DNA of 61,390 nucleotides. Origin: a virus. Taxonomy: Duplodnaviria; Caudoviricetes. The first letter of the stretch is position 1, and every line of letters starts with the position of its first letter. Shown piece after piece: positions 26,192 through 35,307 of this stretch. The notes beneath the pieces were generated by a model. The model did no database searches and was not told the origin of the DNA. It saw nothing but the letters and a program-made list of their open reading frames with translations. Location: positions 1-61,390 of IMG/VR virus record IMGVR_UViG_3300027744_000020. One strand, 5' to 3'. Both the position numbers and the translations under genes were made by a program.

Positions 26192-28690
26192 TTACTGCCC
26201 CTTTTTGTTGCTGGGCTGATTTCGTTGCGCCGCCCGTTGCGCTTGTTGCATAGCCATCTGCGCTTTGTGCTTAGCCGCATCAATGCCCATACGAACTCCT
26301 TCAGATTCCATTTGTCTGTTTAACTGATCTTTCTTTGCGGCTGTCTGTGCACCAACCTGCATAGCAGCGATCTCTTTTTGAGCCGCGATACGTGCTTCTT
26401 CGATACGAATCTGATCTGCTTTTGCCGCAGCGTCGATTTGTTGCTTCTGTTGTTTCAACTGCAACTCGCCTTGTTTGATCTGCAACTCTTGCATCTGCAT
26501 CTGAACAATCGGGTCTTGCATTTGCTGCTGGTTTTGTTGTTGTTGCGCTTGCTGTTGTGCTTTTTGGGTCAACTGCTGAGACGCTTGTGCCGTCATCATT
26601 GCAATACGATCCGCCAACTCTGGAGACACTTGTTTGTTTTGCTCTTCTGTTGGCAGTGGCATACCCATTGCCATCTCAATCTGCTTGCGGTATTCAAATG
26701 CGATGTGCTCGTTAATGTGCGCCATAGCTGCTGCCATGATTGCTTGAGCTTGCGGATTCATCTGCATCAACTGTTGAATCTTCGGATTCTGAATAGCCGC
26801 CATGTGCGCTTGGATATGAGCTTCGTGGTTCTGCTCAATAAACGCTTTGACCGGCTTCATGATGAGGATATTTTGGTTTTCCTGCACTGGGTCGGTTGGC
26901 ACTTGGTCGTCTTCTACGGGCACAAGCTTGTTAGCATTCTTGATACCCAACACCTCAATCATCTGACGATGCAACAGAGGTAAGTTATAGAGTTGTGGTG
27001 CAGACTGAGCCAACTGAAGAACTGCTTGGTACTGCACGATTTTCTGTGCCATTGTTGCTGCATTTGGATCGCTAACAGGGATAACTTCCGTGCTGTCGTA
27101 ATCTGATTTCTTGGCTTTACGGCCTGCATCTTCTGGCTCATAGTCGTACTCCTCGGGCGTATAGTCAGCGATGATGATCTTGAGGAGTTTGAACTCCTGC
27201 TTCATGGTGTAGTGCAGTCGAGCTTGCACCGCTGTCATCACTTTGAGTGTGCGCTCCAACAGAGCCAATGTTGTACCCACTGGGGCATTAGTACTCATAT
27301 CCGACACGTTCATGTCACCGCTGGATGCAAACGCACGGCCTTCTTGAACTATGTTCTGGAACAGAGCAAACAAAACCTGACTTGGTTCTTTGTACGGTAA
27401 GGGTAAGATGTTGTCACGGATACTTCCGGAAGGCACATCTACGTCTCTAAATTCTCCGGGCTGGATTGGCGTGTCATCACCCTTGATGCGGAGACCACGA
27501 GATTTGAGACCCCCGGGTAAGTTCGAGAGTGTTCCCGCATCCACGAGTTGACGGATGAGCATCGTCGCCGATTTCGCGTAGCCGCCGATAAGGTGGATAA
27601 GACCATAGCCATAGAAGCCAAAACCGGGGATGTATTGGTAGTGGACAAAATGCTGGCGCTTGGTGTGGAGTTCGTCGTCTTCATACCAATTTCTCCTTAC
27701 GGCTAAAACTTTATTTGTGCCCTTCTCAATAGTCACCACGTACGGCAACGCAATCCCAGTCTTCTTACCCTTCTTGTCCTCGTGTTCAAACCCGGCCAAG
27801 TCCAAGTCAACGTGCATCTCCAAGATACGGAAACGATCATCATTGATAGCTGACATGCCCTGCTCTTCAGCTTTCTGCTTCTCAATATCATCCAACTCGT
27901 GTGATGGCTCACCTAATTCCACATCAATGTAGAACCCAGCTTCTTGTAGTTTTAAGATCTCGTTTTCAGTCTTACGCATCACATGCGTGACCCGCTCGGC
28001 GGACTCAAGATTACTCGCGCCATAAGGAACGACGATGTCTTCAGCAGGGATGAACACCGCAACTTGACGACCTTTGGCTGGGTCGTAGTACACCTTCTTA
28101 AATGCTGAACCCGCAAGTGGTAGTGACCACAACATCTTCTCGTGCTCTGGGCGGTACTCAACCATCACCTCGGTCAACTGATAGTTCATGTCCTCGCGCA
28201 CGCGAGCGGCAGCTTCTTCTTTAAGTAAGTCAATCGCGCCAACAATCTGGGTCTTGACTGGCCCCATTGCTGGGAATGTCTCCATCATTGCTTCTGACTG
28301 AAACCTAACAACGGACTCTGTCAACATGGGGTGGAACACGCCACACGCGCCCTGCCAAGGTTCTGTTCGATCTTCGTAATTCAAACCTAACAACTTCAAA
28401 CCATCAACATAAGTTTTGATCCAATCTTTGCGATCCATTATGTCTTTGCCAAAGTCTTCTACCAATTCTGATCCAAGCGCATCTAAGTCGCCCTCGTCCA
28501 TGTACTCAGCTAAGTTAGCGTCAAAGTCTTCCGCTGTTTCTTTGCGAGGTTTTAAGTCAATCTCGATGTCGCCCATTTCTAAGCTAACTGACTCGGGGTT
28601 TTCAATCTCGATCTCCAAATCAGGCTCCATCAAATCTGAAATGCCTTGAGGGGCTTGATACAAACTTTTGTCCATTGAACTCGTTGCCAT
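26192..28690 (-). CDS. Portal protein (P22 gp1-like, long C-terminal barrel helix)
   Basis: ATG 28690 with GGAG SD. FKKVYYD, GFYG.GL.HL, Q-rich C-terminal coiled coil. Follows the terminase. Confidence 0.9.
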   Translation of the reverse strand: MATSSMDKSLYQAPQGISDLMEPDLEIEIENPESVSLEMGDIEIDLKPRKETAEDFDANLAEYMDEGDLDALGSELVEDFGKDIMDRKDWIKTYVDGLKLLGLNYEDRTEPWQGACGVFHPMLTESVVRFQSEAMMETFPAMGPVKTQIVGAIDLLKEEAAARVREDMNYQLTEVMVEYRPEHEKMLWSLPLAGSAFKKVYYDPAKGRQVAVFIPAEDIVVPYGASNLESAERVTHVMRKTENEILKLQEAGFYIDVELGEPSHELDDIEKQKAEEQGMSAINDDRFRILEMHVDLDLAGFEHEDKKGKKTGIALPYVVTIEKGTNKVLAVRRNWYEDDELHTKRQHFVHYQYIPGFGFYGYGLIHLIGGYAKSATMLIRQLVDAGTLSNLPGGLKSRGLRIKGDDTPIQPGEFRDVDVPSGSIRDNILPLPYKEPSQVLFALFQNIVQEGRAFASSGDMNVSDMSTNAPVGTTLALLERTLKVMTAVQARLHYTMKQEFKLLKIIIADYTPEEYDYEPEDAGRKAKKSDYDSTEVIPVSDPNAATMAQKIVQYQAVLQLAQSAPQLYNLPLLHRQMIEVLGIKNANKLVPVEDDQVPTDPVQENQNILIMKPVKAFIEQNHEAHIQAHMAAIQNPKIQQLMQMNPQAQAIMAAAMAHINEHIAFEYRKQIEMAMGMPLPTEEQNKQVSPELADRIAMMTAQASQQLTQKAQQQAQQQQNQQQMQDPIVQMQMQELQIKQGELQLKQQKQQIDAAAKADQIRIEEARIAAQKEIAAMQVGAQTAAKKDQLNRQMESEGVRMGIDAAKHKAQMAMQQAQRAAQRNQPSNKKGQ

Positions 28691-28692
28691 GT

Positions 28693-28833
28693 TTATCTCC
28701 AAGTTTTTTTAGCCACCCAGTGCTGGATGGATTGGACTGCAAACGCCAAAGTAGCGGGCAGCTTAAATAATTTTTTGCCGTTCGGTGTAAACATAGTTCC
28801 ATCAGAACTAACACCCATCAATCCAAATTTCAT
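28693..28833 (-). CDS. Small hypothetical protein (46 aa)
   Basis: MKFGLMGVSSDG... with TAAGGA SD, fills the terL-portal gap. Confidence 0.5.
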   Translation of the reverse strand: MKFGLMGVSSDGTMFTPNGKKLFKLPATLAFAVQSIQHWVAKKTWR

Positions 28834-28842
28834 ATTCAATCC

Positions 28843-30363
28843 TTATACTGTGTAGTACCGCTCGGCGCGGTGGCCTTTGAAATACCGAATGTCTTCAGGC
28901 TCATCGCTTGGTAAGCGCAAGAACCCCCCTTGACGAAAGCGCATGAGCGCCAGTGTCGTTGCATCCACCAAGTCATCGTGCTCACCTGATGGAAATTCTG
29001 CAATCTCATCTACTAATTCTTCAGCCCACCTAGTCTGTGGAACCCATACTTTCCCGGATGCAATTATGTCTGAGACTGCGTTAAGACGGGCAATTTTGTC
29101 TTGTCCTTTGCCGGGAGTAAAGTCCTGCACAGGTATGCCCATCGCTCTTAGGTCATAGATCAACGGCGCTCCAGATGCCTTCTTCTCTATAAGCACTCCG
29201 TCTGGTTCATACATGTTGTACTCAGCCAGCACATCTCGTTTTAACTCTGGGTACTCAACACGCTTTCTATATGTGTTTAGAAGAATGATATTTTTCGTCA
29301 TATCTTCTTCGTTGGTAAATATGCCCCAAGTCGTACCTGCGGAATAGTCAGCCCTGTTGTTTTTTTCAAACGCCGTGTCCCATGTTTGAAGTATGTACTC
29401 GCACTCGGGCGGATGGTTAGGCTCCCATATTTTCCACCAATCCCGTTTAATAATAGCTGACTCGTTACCTACGGGGTTCTGTTGATACTGTGCTTGCCAC
29501 TTACTGTTAGGCAATTCATTCCTTAACGCTTCCAACTCTTCCATTGACCAGAACTGAGGCCATAGGGGATTACCCGAAGGCAGGATAGCAGGAAACTCAA
29601 TAACTTCCCACTCTTCCCCACCCCTTGCAGCGGCAGCTTTTAACACCTGACCAGTCAAATCTCGCTGAGACCACCGAGTCATAACTATAACAATAGCCCC
29701 ACCCGGCTGGAGACGCTGACGCGGGCCAGATGTGTACCATTCATACACCTTGTCATACACATCAGGGTTGGTAGCCGCCATTGCAGCCTCTTGTTCTGAG
29801 TGTGGGTCATCTATTATTAGTACGTCAGCACCTTTACCGGTCACCGCACCGCCCACACCAATCGCAAAGTAGTCACCACCCTTGCTGGTATTCCATCGAC
29901 CGGCAGCTTTTGAGTCACTTTGTAGGTGTAAATCGGGAAAAATGTCGTGGTAAACCTCAGAATCTACCAAATTTCGCACTTTTCGACCAAAACCCACCGC
30001 CAATTCAGCAGTATGGGACGCTTGAATCACTTTTTTGCTTGGAAACTGCCCCAAAAACCATGCTGGAAGCAGGTAAGACGCAAATTCTGACTTAGTGTGG
30101 CGGGGTGGCATGTTAATTATGAGCCGTTTGCACTCTCCACGAGCCACTCGCTCGAACGCATTGGCCATTCTTTTGTGATGCGCCCCAGAAATAAAGGTCG
30201 GCCAGACCCTTTCCACGAACTTAATAAACTTCTCTTGCGCAAGCTCACGCTCTTTGAGCTTCTCTAATTTGGTTAACTGTGTCTCTAGTACCCGTAAGTC
30301 CGATTCTGACAACTTACCGCTGTTGATAAGTGTCTCAATGTCTTTGAGGGAGATGTCACTCAT
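28843..30363 (-). CDS. terL: Terminase large subunit
   Basis: ATG 30363. MPPRHTKS Walker A variant, LIIDDPH Walker B, WDTA and HDDLVDA nuclease motifs. Confidence 0.95.
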   Translation of the reverse strand: MSDISLKDIETLINSGKLSESDLRVLETQLTKLEKLKERELAQEKFIKFVERVWPTFISGAHHKRMANAFERVARGECKRLIINMPPRHTKSEFASYLLPAWFLGQFPSKKVIQASHTAELAVGFGRKVRNLVDSEVYHDIFPDLHLQSDSKAAGRWNTSKGGDYFAIGVGGAVTGKGADVLIIDDPHSEQEAAMAATNPDVYDKVYEWYTSGPRQRLQPGGAIVIVMTRWSQRDLTGQVLKAAAARGGEEWEVIEFPAILPSGNPLWPQFWSMEELEALRNELPNSKWQAQYQQNPVGNESAIIKRDWWKIWEPNHPPECEYILQTWDTAFEKNNRADYSAGTTWGIFTNEEDMTKNIILLNTYRKRVEYPELKRDVLAEYNMYEPDGVLIEKKASGAPLIYDLRAMGIPVQDFTPGKGQDKIARLNAVSDIIASGKVWVPQTRWAEELVDEIAEFPSGEHDDLVDATTLALMRFRQGGFLRLPSDEPEDIRYFKGHRAERYYTV

Positions 30364-30988
30364 CTTTTTGTACCTCCGATTCCGGGGTTTCGTCTTCCAT
30401 TTCAGAACCGGCAATAAGTACTTCTTCTGGGGTTTGTTCTTTTGGCGCACCTAGCTGGGCATCCAGATCATCAAGGGGAGTTACATCAGAGATGTCAGTG
30501 TTTAATAGACGCTTAACTCTTTCCTTGATTGAGTTCTCAAGAGAAGCAGATGTTGTGTGATGGATAGTGATCTCGCTGCGCTCTGTGAAAAGACCAATAT
30601 CTGAATGCTTGCCGAGCAGTTCAAGTGCCTTGAGTTCAATCTTTGGGTCGCCGTTGTCAGCTAACTTAATAAGCTTGTTCGTGATGAAGTTTCTGGCTTG
30701 CAGTGCATCCGCAAACGCTTGGAAGTCAAACTTCTTTACCAGATGATGAGCAGCCGCTGCCTCATGTGACTTTGATACCGTTTTGGGAGCATTGGGTTTT
30801 ACTGCACCTGTGAGCAGGTTGGCAGCTTTGTGCAGATCATCGTCATTGAAATCTATGCTAGGCCCAAGCTCGTTTATTAAATCAACTGTGTTTACAGCGA
30901 CAGCTATGCTATCCGCATGAGTCTTAGGTTGCTCATCGGACAGATCAAAAGGAACAGGGTGTTCCGTAGTAGTCACAAGTTGAATCAT
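30356..30988 (-). CDS. terS: Putative terminase small subunit
   Basis: ATG 30988. LKALELLGK...GLF motif, overlaps the terL start. Confidence 0.65.
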   Translation of the reverse strand: MIQLVTTTEHPVPFDLSDEQPKTHADSIAVAVNTVDLINELGPSIDFNDDDLHKAANLLTGAVKPNAPKTVSKSHEAAAAHHLVKKFDFQAFADALQARNFITNKLIKLADNGDPKIELKALELLGKHSDIGLFTERSEITIHHTTSASLENSIKERVKRLLNTDISDVTPLDDLDAQLGAPKEQTPEEVLIAGSEMEDETPESEVQKDE

Positions 30989-31035
30989 AGGCACCAAAAT
31001 AATTGGGATTGCTGAAATGTAACAGAAAAAATAAT

Positions 31036-31280
31036 GGGGGTGGGGGCTTGGGCAAAATAAAAAGTGACGGGGGGTGTTTTGTGGTGGAGTGCTGCTGGTA
31101 GAACGCCAAAATAAATGAAGGGGGAGGGGGGTACGTTTCAAGCCCACCCATAAAATGAAGTACAGAATCAAGGAAAAGTACCACGGTGTTATATAAAGCC
31201 CGGGACTCCTAATCGTTCGTGCAACACAGTGTGTAAGGGTGTACCTCCCCTAATTTTATTTTTGGGGTGGGTGGGGTCTC
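31036..31280. repeat. Clustered G-tracts in the late/early divergence region
   Basis: GGGGGTGGGGG, GGGGGG, GGGGGAGGGGGG and GGGGTGGGTGGGG on the + strand. Confidence 0.6.
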
Positions 31281-31341
31281 GCTCGGCGTCGGCTAACAAA
31301 ATGTTATGCCATACCCCATTTAAATTTTGTTTCCCGTAAAC

Positions 31342-31371
31342 TTGAATTGTGGTACATTTTAATGGTATAAT
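31342..31371 (+). promoter_or_regulatory. Early sigma70 promoter
   Basis: TTGAAT-18 bp-TATAAT with extended -10 TG. Confidence 0.7.
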
Positions 31372-31449
31372 CCATTCATACAAAGCAAAGACGCTATGTA
31401 TCTTGACTAGGCAAGTTCCCCTAGTGTTAGATGTAAAGAGGTTATCAGA

Positions 31450-32037
31450 ATGAATGCAACACAAACACAAAATGTCACAGATATTCAAGTTATCGCGCCA
31501 ACATCCCGCGTAGACTTGTTAGCCGAAGCGCGCAAGGGCGCGGCAAGTGGTTCGATGATTGGAGAATCAAGTGAACGCCATTATGCTGAAATGGCTAACA
31601 AATTGTTAGGGGTTGAAAAGTGGTATGTATTCAACCATGACGATATCACCGATGAGGGTAAGATTGTCAATGTAGAATGGAAATTGCTAAAGGCAGAGTA
31701 TGACGCGGCATACATGGCAAAGCGCGGTACAAAGTACCCTAATTTCTCGGTAGTTAAAGGGCGCATACGCAAGTATGCGGAAACCGATGCAAAAGAGCGC
31801 GGTTTATTTGGTGAGGTTCCCGATGTGGTTGAAAAGAACGAAGATGGCACACCCAAGGGCAAAGCAAAGCATAACAAATCAGTAGATGAGCGCATCATGG
31901 AATCTACTGCCCTTTATATGTTCTTGAAACGCCAAGAGGGTTTGAACACCAAGCAAAGCAAGTTCTTAACATATCTTGCTAATGGTTTGACAGAATTCGG
32001 TGTCAACCTTGCGATGATTGAATCAAGCAAGAAGTAA
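31450..32037 (+). CDS. First early gene, hypothetical protein (monocistronic)
   Basis: GAGG SD, own promoter and terminator, contains an operator copy. Confidence 0.75.
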   Translation: MNATQTQNVTDIQVIAPTSRVDLLAEARKGAASGSMIGESSERHYAEMANKLLGVEKWYVFNHDDITDEGKIVNVEWKLLKAEYDAAYMAKRGTKYPNFSVVKGRIRKYAETDAKERGLFGEVPDVVEKNEDGTPKGKAKHNKSVDERIMESTALYMFLKRQEGLNTKQSKFLTYLANGLTEFGVNLAMIESSKK

Positions 32038-32071
32038 ACCGAGGGGCGAAAGCCCCTTCTAACCTAACCCT

Positions 32072-32096
32072 AAGCCCGCCATGTGCGGGCTTTTTT
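32072..32096 (+). terminator. Rho-independent terminator
   Basis: GCCCGC-CAUGU-GCGGGC followed by U6, preceded by a GGGGC-GAAA-GCCCC hairpin at 32041-32058. Confidence 0.85.
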
Positions 32097-32157
32097 GCGT
32101 CTGTTACATTTTCCCCAAGGGCTAACAATTTGTTAGCCCTTTGTCGTTTTCGGCTTT

Positions 32158-32262
32158 GTTACATTTTTTGGCGTGTACCAGTTCTTCGGGTGGGCGTAGC
32201 GACCAAACCTATCGTTACATTTTTTGGCGTGTACCAGTTCTTCGGGCGGGCGTAGCGACCAA
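32158..32262 (+). repeat. Two 49-bp direct repeats, period 56
   Basis: GTTACATTTTTTGGCGTGTACCAGTTCTTCGGG(T/C)GGGCGTAGCGACCAA at 32158 and 32214, one mismatch. Confidence 0.9.
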
Positions 32263-32320
32263 CTAACATATTGTTATGCTTTGGGCAGCTTTGTTACGCA
32301 ATGTTACATAGTGCCTCTCG

Positions 32321-32333
32321 TAAGTCCTTGATT
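32321..32333 (-). promoter_or_regulatory. IHF consensus site
   Basis: Reverse strand AATCAA-GGAC-TTA matches WATCAA-N4-TTR, flanked by GTTAC repeats. Confidence 0.5.
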
Positions 32334-32680
32334 TTAAAGCTTTGTTATATGTTACAAAGTTACACGAGGGGTATGGAAGTCCACCAAGTTGGCGAAGCCC
32401 AGCAAGTGCATAACTTTGCGCATCTCCCCTAAATATTTTCCAGCGCCATATACATATATATACTCATAACTTTATAACAATATAACATTACAATACTCTT
32501 CTCCTCCGCAAGCCCCGCCGTTATTGATTTGTTATGTTTTTTATACTGTTACATTTACCCTCCAAAATCGTCACTTTTATCCCCTTTTTATAACTTCACC
32601 AACACCAAATTCCATAACAAACCATTTTTGCTTTGTTACATTTCACCCTCTCTTTTTGCGCAGACCCATCCGTAGAAAAC

Positions 32681-32709
32681 TTGATTTGTATGTAACATTG
32701 TGTTATAAT
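32681..32709 (+). promoter_or_regulatory. Early sigma70 promoter with overlapping operator
   Basis: TTGATT-17 bp-TATAAT, extended -10, TAACA-TTG-TGTTA in the spacer and -10. Confidence 0.85.
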
Positions 32710-32796
32710 ATAAACTGGAATGGGAAAAAACAAAACCAAGCCCAAGCCAAGACCCCTAACAAATTGTTAGGTTCCAAAACGTAACGAAAGGTAACC

Positions 32797-32976
32797 ATGC
32801 AAACACCAATCTACTACATGTTCAACACCATCATTGCCAGTGCATCCTTTTATATGGGCACGACAGGCGATGGCTACATCCACACCTTTTTTATGTGCCT
32901 CGGCGCATTCATCCTTGGGCATCTCGTAACCGAAGCCTTGAACTATGTAGAAAACGACAACCACAACGAGGGGTAA
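32797..32976 (+). CDS. Small hydrophobic early protein (59 aa)
   Basis: AAAGG SD. Stop TAA is the first half of an operator copy. Confidence 0.6.
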   Translation: MQTPIYYMFNTIIASASFYMGTTGDGYIHTFFMCLGAFILGHLVTEALNYVENDNHNEG

Positions 32977-32980
32977 CAAA

Positions 32981-33211
32981 ATGTTAGATAGCAACTGGAA
33001 AGAATGCGTTGACTGTGGTGATGAAGTACACATCGAACGCTGGTCACTTGGCTACCGAGTGTGTATGTTCTGCGGTGAAGACCGCGCCACCACCGAGCGT
33101 ATGTCATGGTGCATCGTTCAGGAATACACCAAAGGTAACTATCAGTTTGTTACCGCTACCCAAGCACCCATAACATTGAAGCAGACTAACCAAAAGGAGT
33201 TGAGAACATGA
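32981..33211 (+). CDS. DksA/TraR-like C4 zinc-finger protein
   Basis: CVDCGDEV..ER...G...CMFC. ATG lies inside an operator. Confidence 0.6.
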   Translation: MLDSNWKECVDCGDEVHIERWSLGYRVCMFCGEDRATTERMSWCIVQEYTKGNYQFVTATQAPITLKQTNQKELRT

Positions 33212-33405
33212 CTGAGTACGACTACGAAAAAGCCTTGAAATTACTGGTAGCAGTGGAGTTAGACCTACGCCGCTATCTGCTGAACCCTGCCGAGTACCAA
33301 GCATCGTACTTGGAAGACACCCATTGCTGTATCACGGAAGCCTTGGGATTGCTTGAGGTGGAGACAGGTCAGCCCGACTACGACTACTTTGAGATGGAGG
33401 AATAA
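33208..33405 (+). CDS. Hypothetical acidic protein
   Basis: AAGGAG SD, ATGA overlap, stop inside an operator. Confidence 0.7.
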   Translation: MTEYDYEKALKLLVAVELDLRRYLLNPAEYQASYLEDTHCCITEALGLLEVETGQPDYDYFEMEE

Positions 33406-33409
33406 CAAA

Positions 33410-33604
33410 ATGTTAGAGCAAGACAACGAGATACTTATACACATCAGGAATGTGTATGGTGAGGACAAAGCATACCCAGTATGCGAAAGAGCCAAACTGT
33501 TTGCAGACATCGCGGGAACCAAAACCCTGCGCCCTGCCGACCTCAACTGTATCCAAAAGCTGGGGTACAAAATAGTATTAAAGCAACAGGAGTGGAGAGG
33601 ATGA
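33410..33604 (+). CDS. Hypothetical phage protein
   Basis: GGAGG SD, ATG inside an operator. NVYG....YPVC..AKLFA.IAG.KTL motif. Confidence 0.75.
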   Translation: MLEQDNEILIHIRNVYGEDKAYPVCERAKLFADIAGTKTLRPADLNCIQKLGYKIVLKQQEWRG

Positions 33605-33840
33605 AAACAAAATCAATACCGGAGTACGAGAGTCAAGAGGAAGCCTTTGCCGCTGAGTTTGAGGGGCTTGAGTATGTAGACAACCAACGAATCGCAATAG
33701 TTGGCGACGATGGAGAGATGGCTAAATATGTAGAGCAGATGCGCAAAGGATGTTGTGGTTCATTCGACACAGTGGTGAGCATCAAGTATGGCGAAACCTA
33801 TTACCTACCGCACTTAATTGGTTGTAACTACGGACATTGA
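33601..33840 (+). CDS. Hypothetical protein
   Basis: ATGA overlap. VDN.R...GCCGSFD...IGCNYGH. Confidence 0.7.
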   Translation: MKTKSIPEYESQEEAFAAEFEGLEYVDNQRIAIVGDDGEMAKYVEQMRKGCCGSFDTVVSIKYGETYYLPHLIGCNYGH

Positions 33841-33854
33841 AAGGGACTAACAAA

Positions 33855-34016
33855 ATGTTATGCAGATATTTTGTAACAGGATGGTGCGATAGGTTTGGTT
33901 ACTGGGTTGCCGACTCGCTCGTAACCACAAGCATGAAGGTGGCGAAGGAGAGGTTCAAGCTGACCAATCCCTCGCTGAAGAAAATCAAAGCATACAAAAC
34001 ATTGGGAGGTGTGTGA
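33855..34016 (+). CDS. Small hypothetical protein (53 aa)
   Basis: ATG inside an operator, TGATG coupling to the next gene. Confidence 0.6.
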   Translation: MLCRYFVTGWCDRFGYWVADSLVTTSMKVAKERFKLTNPSLKKIKAYKTLGGV

Positions 34017-34984
34017 TGGGATACGCAACAGTAATGAAAGTGCCGAGGGTACACGACTACGCTCAAGCACTACAAATACACGACAACAGCAAGCCAATCC
34101 GTGGACGCTCGCCCGAAATCAGACCGCTTGGCAACAGGCGCGATGCTGACACCTACTGGATACGCAAGAATGGCGAAGCTATTGAGCTTGTCTTATATAA
34201 GACTCCGGTAGTCACATTTATGCCTGACGGCGTAGTTCAGATATTTTTGGACAGTTACAACACCGTGTCTACGCACCAATTCATAAGTCATGTGCTAGGT
34301 ATACCCGCGTGGGGAGTCAGGCGCACGACTGTGCTGAATGTTGGCGATGCTAAGTACGCGCTTGGCGACAAAGAAGTACTACGCCTACGAAAGAGTGAGG
34401 ATGGGAAGTGGTGTGTTCTTAATGCGTCTGTGCAGTATGGGTGGAAACTCAACCGCAAGGCGGTAGCCGATTTGCGAGCCAAGTACGGCGAGTTCTACAA
34501 GTACTTGAAAGGGTTCGTGAGCCTACGCACCGAAAGCATATACATACACACTTGGGCAAACGATGCGAGAGACTGCGTGGTTGTTCAACAAAGCGAGTTC
34601 AGGAATGTGTTCGGCGGCATTGCCCCCTTGAGCGAGTACCGTTACATGGACAAGCGCGGCAAGCAACAAATCAATTGGGTTGCAGTCAAGCCACATCAGT
34701 TTGAGGCATCCTCAAATGCGTTCGAGTTCTTGATTCGTCCCGACCAACCCGAAGAGGGCAAGCACGAAAACTTCTACAAGGCGGCGTTGGCTTTGGTTAT
34801 GAAGCAAGACGACGACAGGATGGACATGCAAACCGCCGAGATAAAAGTGTTGGCGAAGAAAATCGTACCACTACTTGACGAGGTATTGTTCATGCGTCAT
34901 GCCGACGAGGTGTTGGTTCGTGAACAGTTGCCGATGGGTAAGGTATCCACAGGCACATACGACAAGTGGATGTTGGAGTGGTGA
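34016..34984 (+). CDS. Hypothetical early protein
   Basis: Long ORF with GGAGG SD. Confidence 0.8.
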   Translation: MGYATVMKVPRVHDYAQALQIHDNSKPIRGRSPEIRPLGNRRDADTYWIRKNGEAIELVLYKTPVVTFMPDGVVQIFLDSYNTVSTHQFISHVLGIPAWGVRRTTVLNVGDAKYALGDKEVLRLRKSEDGKWCVLNASVQYGWKLNRKAVADLRAKYGEFYKYLKGFVSLRTESIYIHTWANDARDCVVVQQSEFRNVFGGIAPLSEYRYMDKRGKQQINWVAVKPHQFEASSNAFEFLIRPDQPEEGKHENFYKAALALVMKQDDDRMDMQTAEIKVLAKKIVPLLDEVLFMRHADEVLVREQLPMGKVSTGTYDKWMLEW

Positions 34985-35013
34985 TAACAAATTGTTATAC
35001 AAAGGAGAGAAAG

Positions 35014-35202
35014 ATGATTGAGTTTTCAGTAACAGAGATTGCGTTGTTCTGCTGGGCCGTACTCGCTACTGCCTACGCACTTAAGTGGAAGTCAAAAGCC
35101 GATGGTTCGGAGTTCCTTGTTCGAGTAATGCTTGAGCGCAAGGAAGTGCGGGACAGAATAGTTGAAGCGTATGAGAAAGAATTTGGTCAGAACGCTGGCT
35201 AG
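35014..35202 (+). CDS. Small membrane protein
   Basis: AAGGAG SD, N-terminal hydrophobic helix. Confidence 0.65.
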   Translation: MIEFSVTEIALFCWAVLATAYALKWKSKADGSEFLVRVMLERKEVRDRIVEAYEKEFGQNAG

Positions 35203-35207
35203 AAAGC

Positions 35208-35236
35208 TTGATTTGTTTGTAACACAGTGTTATAAT
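35208..35236 (+). promoter_or_regulatory. Early sigma70 promoter with overlapping operator
   Basis: TTGATT-17 bp-TATAAT, a near copy of the 32681 promoter, containing TAACA-CAG-TGTTA. Confidence 0.85.
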
Positions 35237-35307
35237 ATAAGTTGAAAAGAAATTTGTGTGTCAGTAAACCCCCTAACAAAATGTTAGGTCAATCAGAGGA
35301 GTTAGAT

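Noticed and set aside
30989-31488. N-terminal extension of terS and minus-strand ORFs 30945-31184 and 31189-31488
   Set aside because: They translate G/C and A/T tracts and promoter DNA, with no SD and implausible composition
32158-32262. CRISPR mini-array
   Set aside because: Only two repeats with a 7-bp gap and no cas operon. The Cas4-like nuclease at 45678 is an ordinary replication-module exonuclease.
32524-32784. 86-aa plus-strand ORF
   Set aside because: TTG start without SD, and it runs through repeats, a promoter and operators
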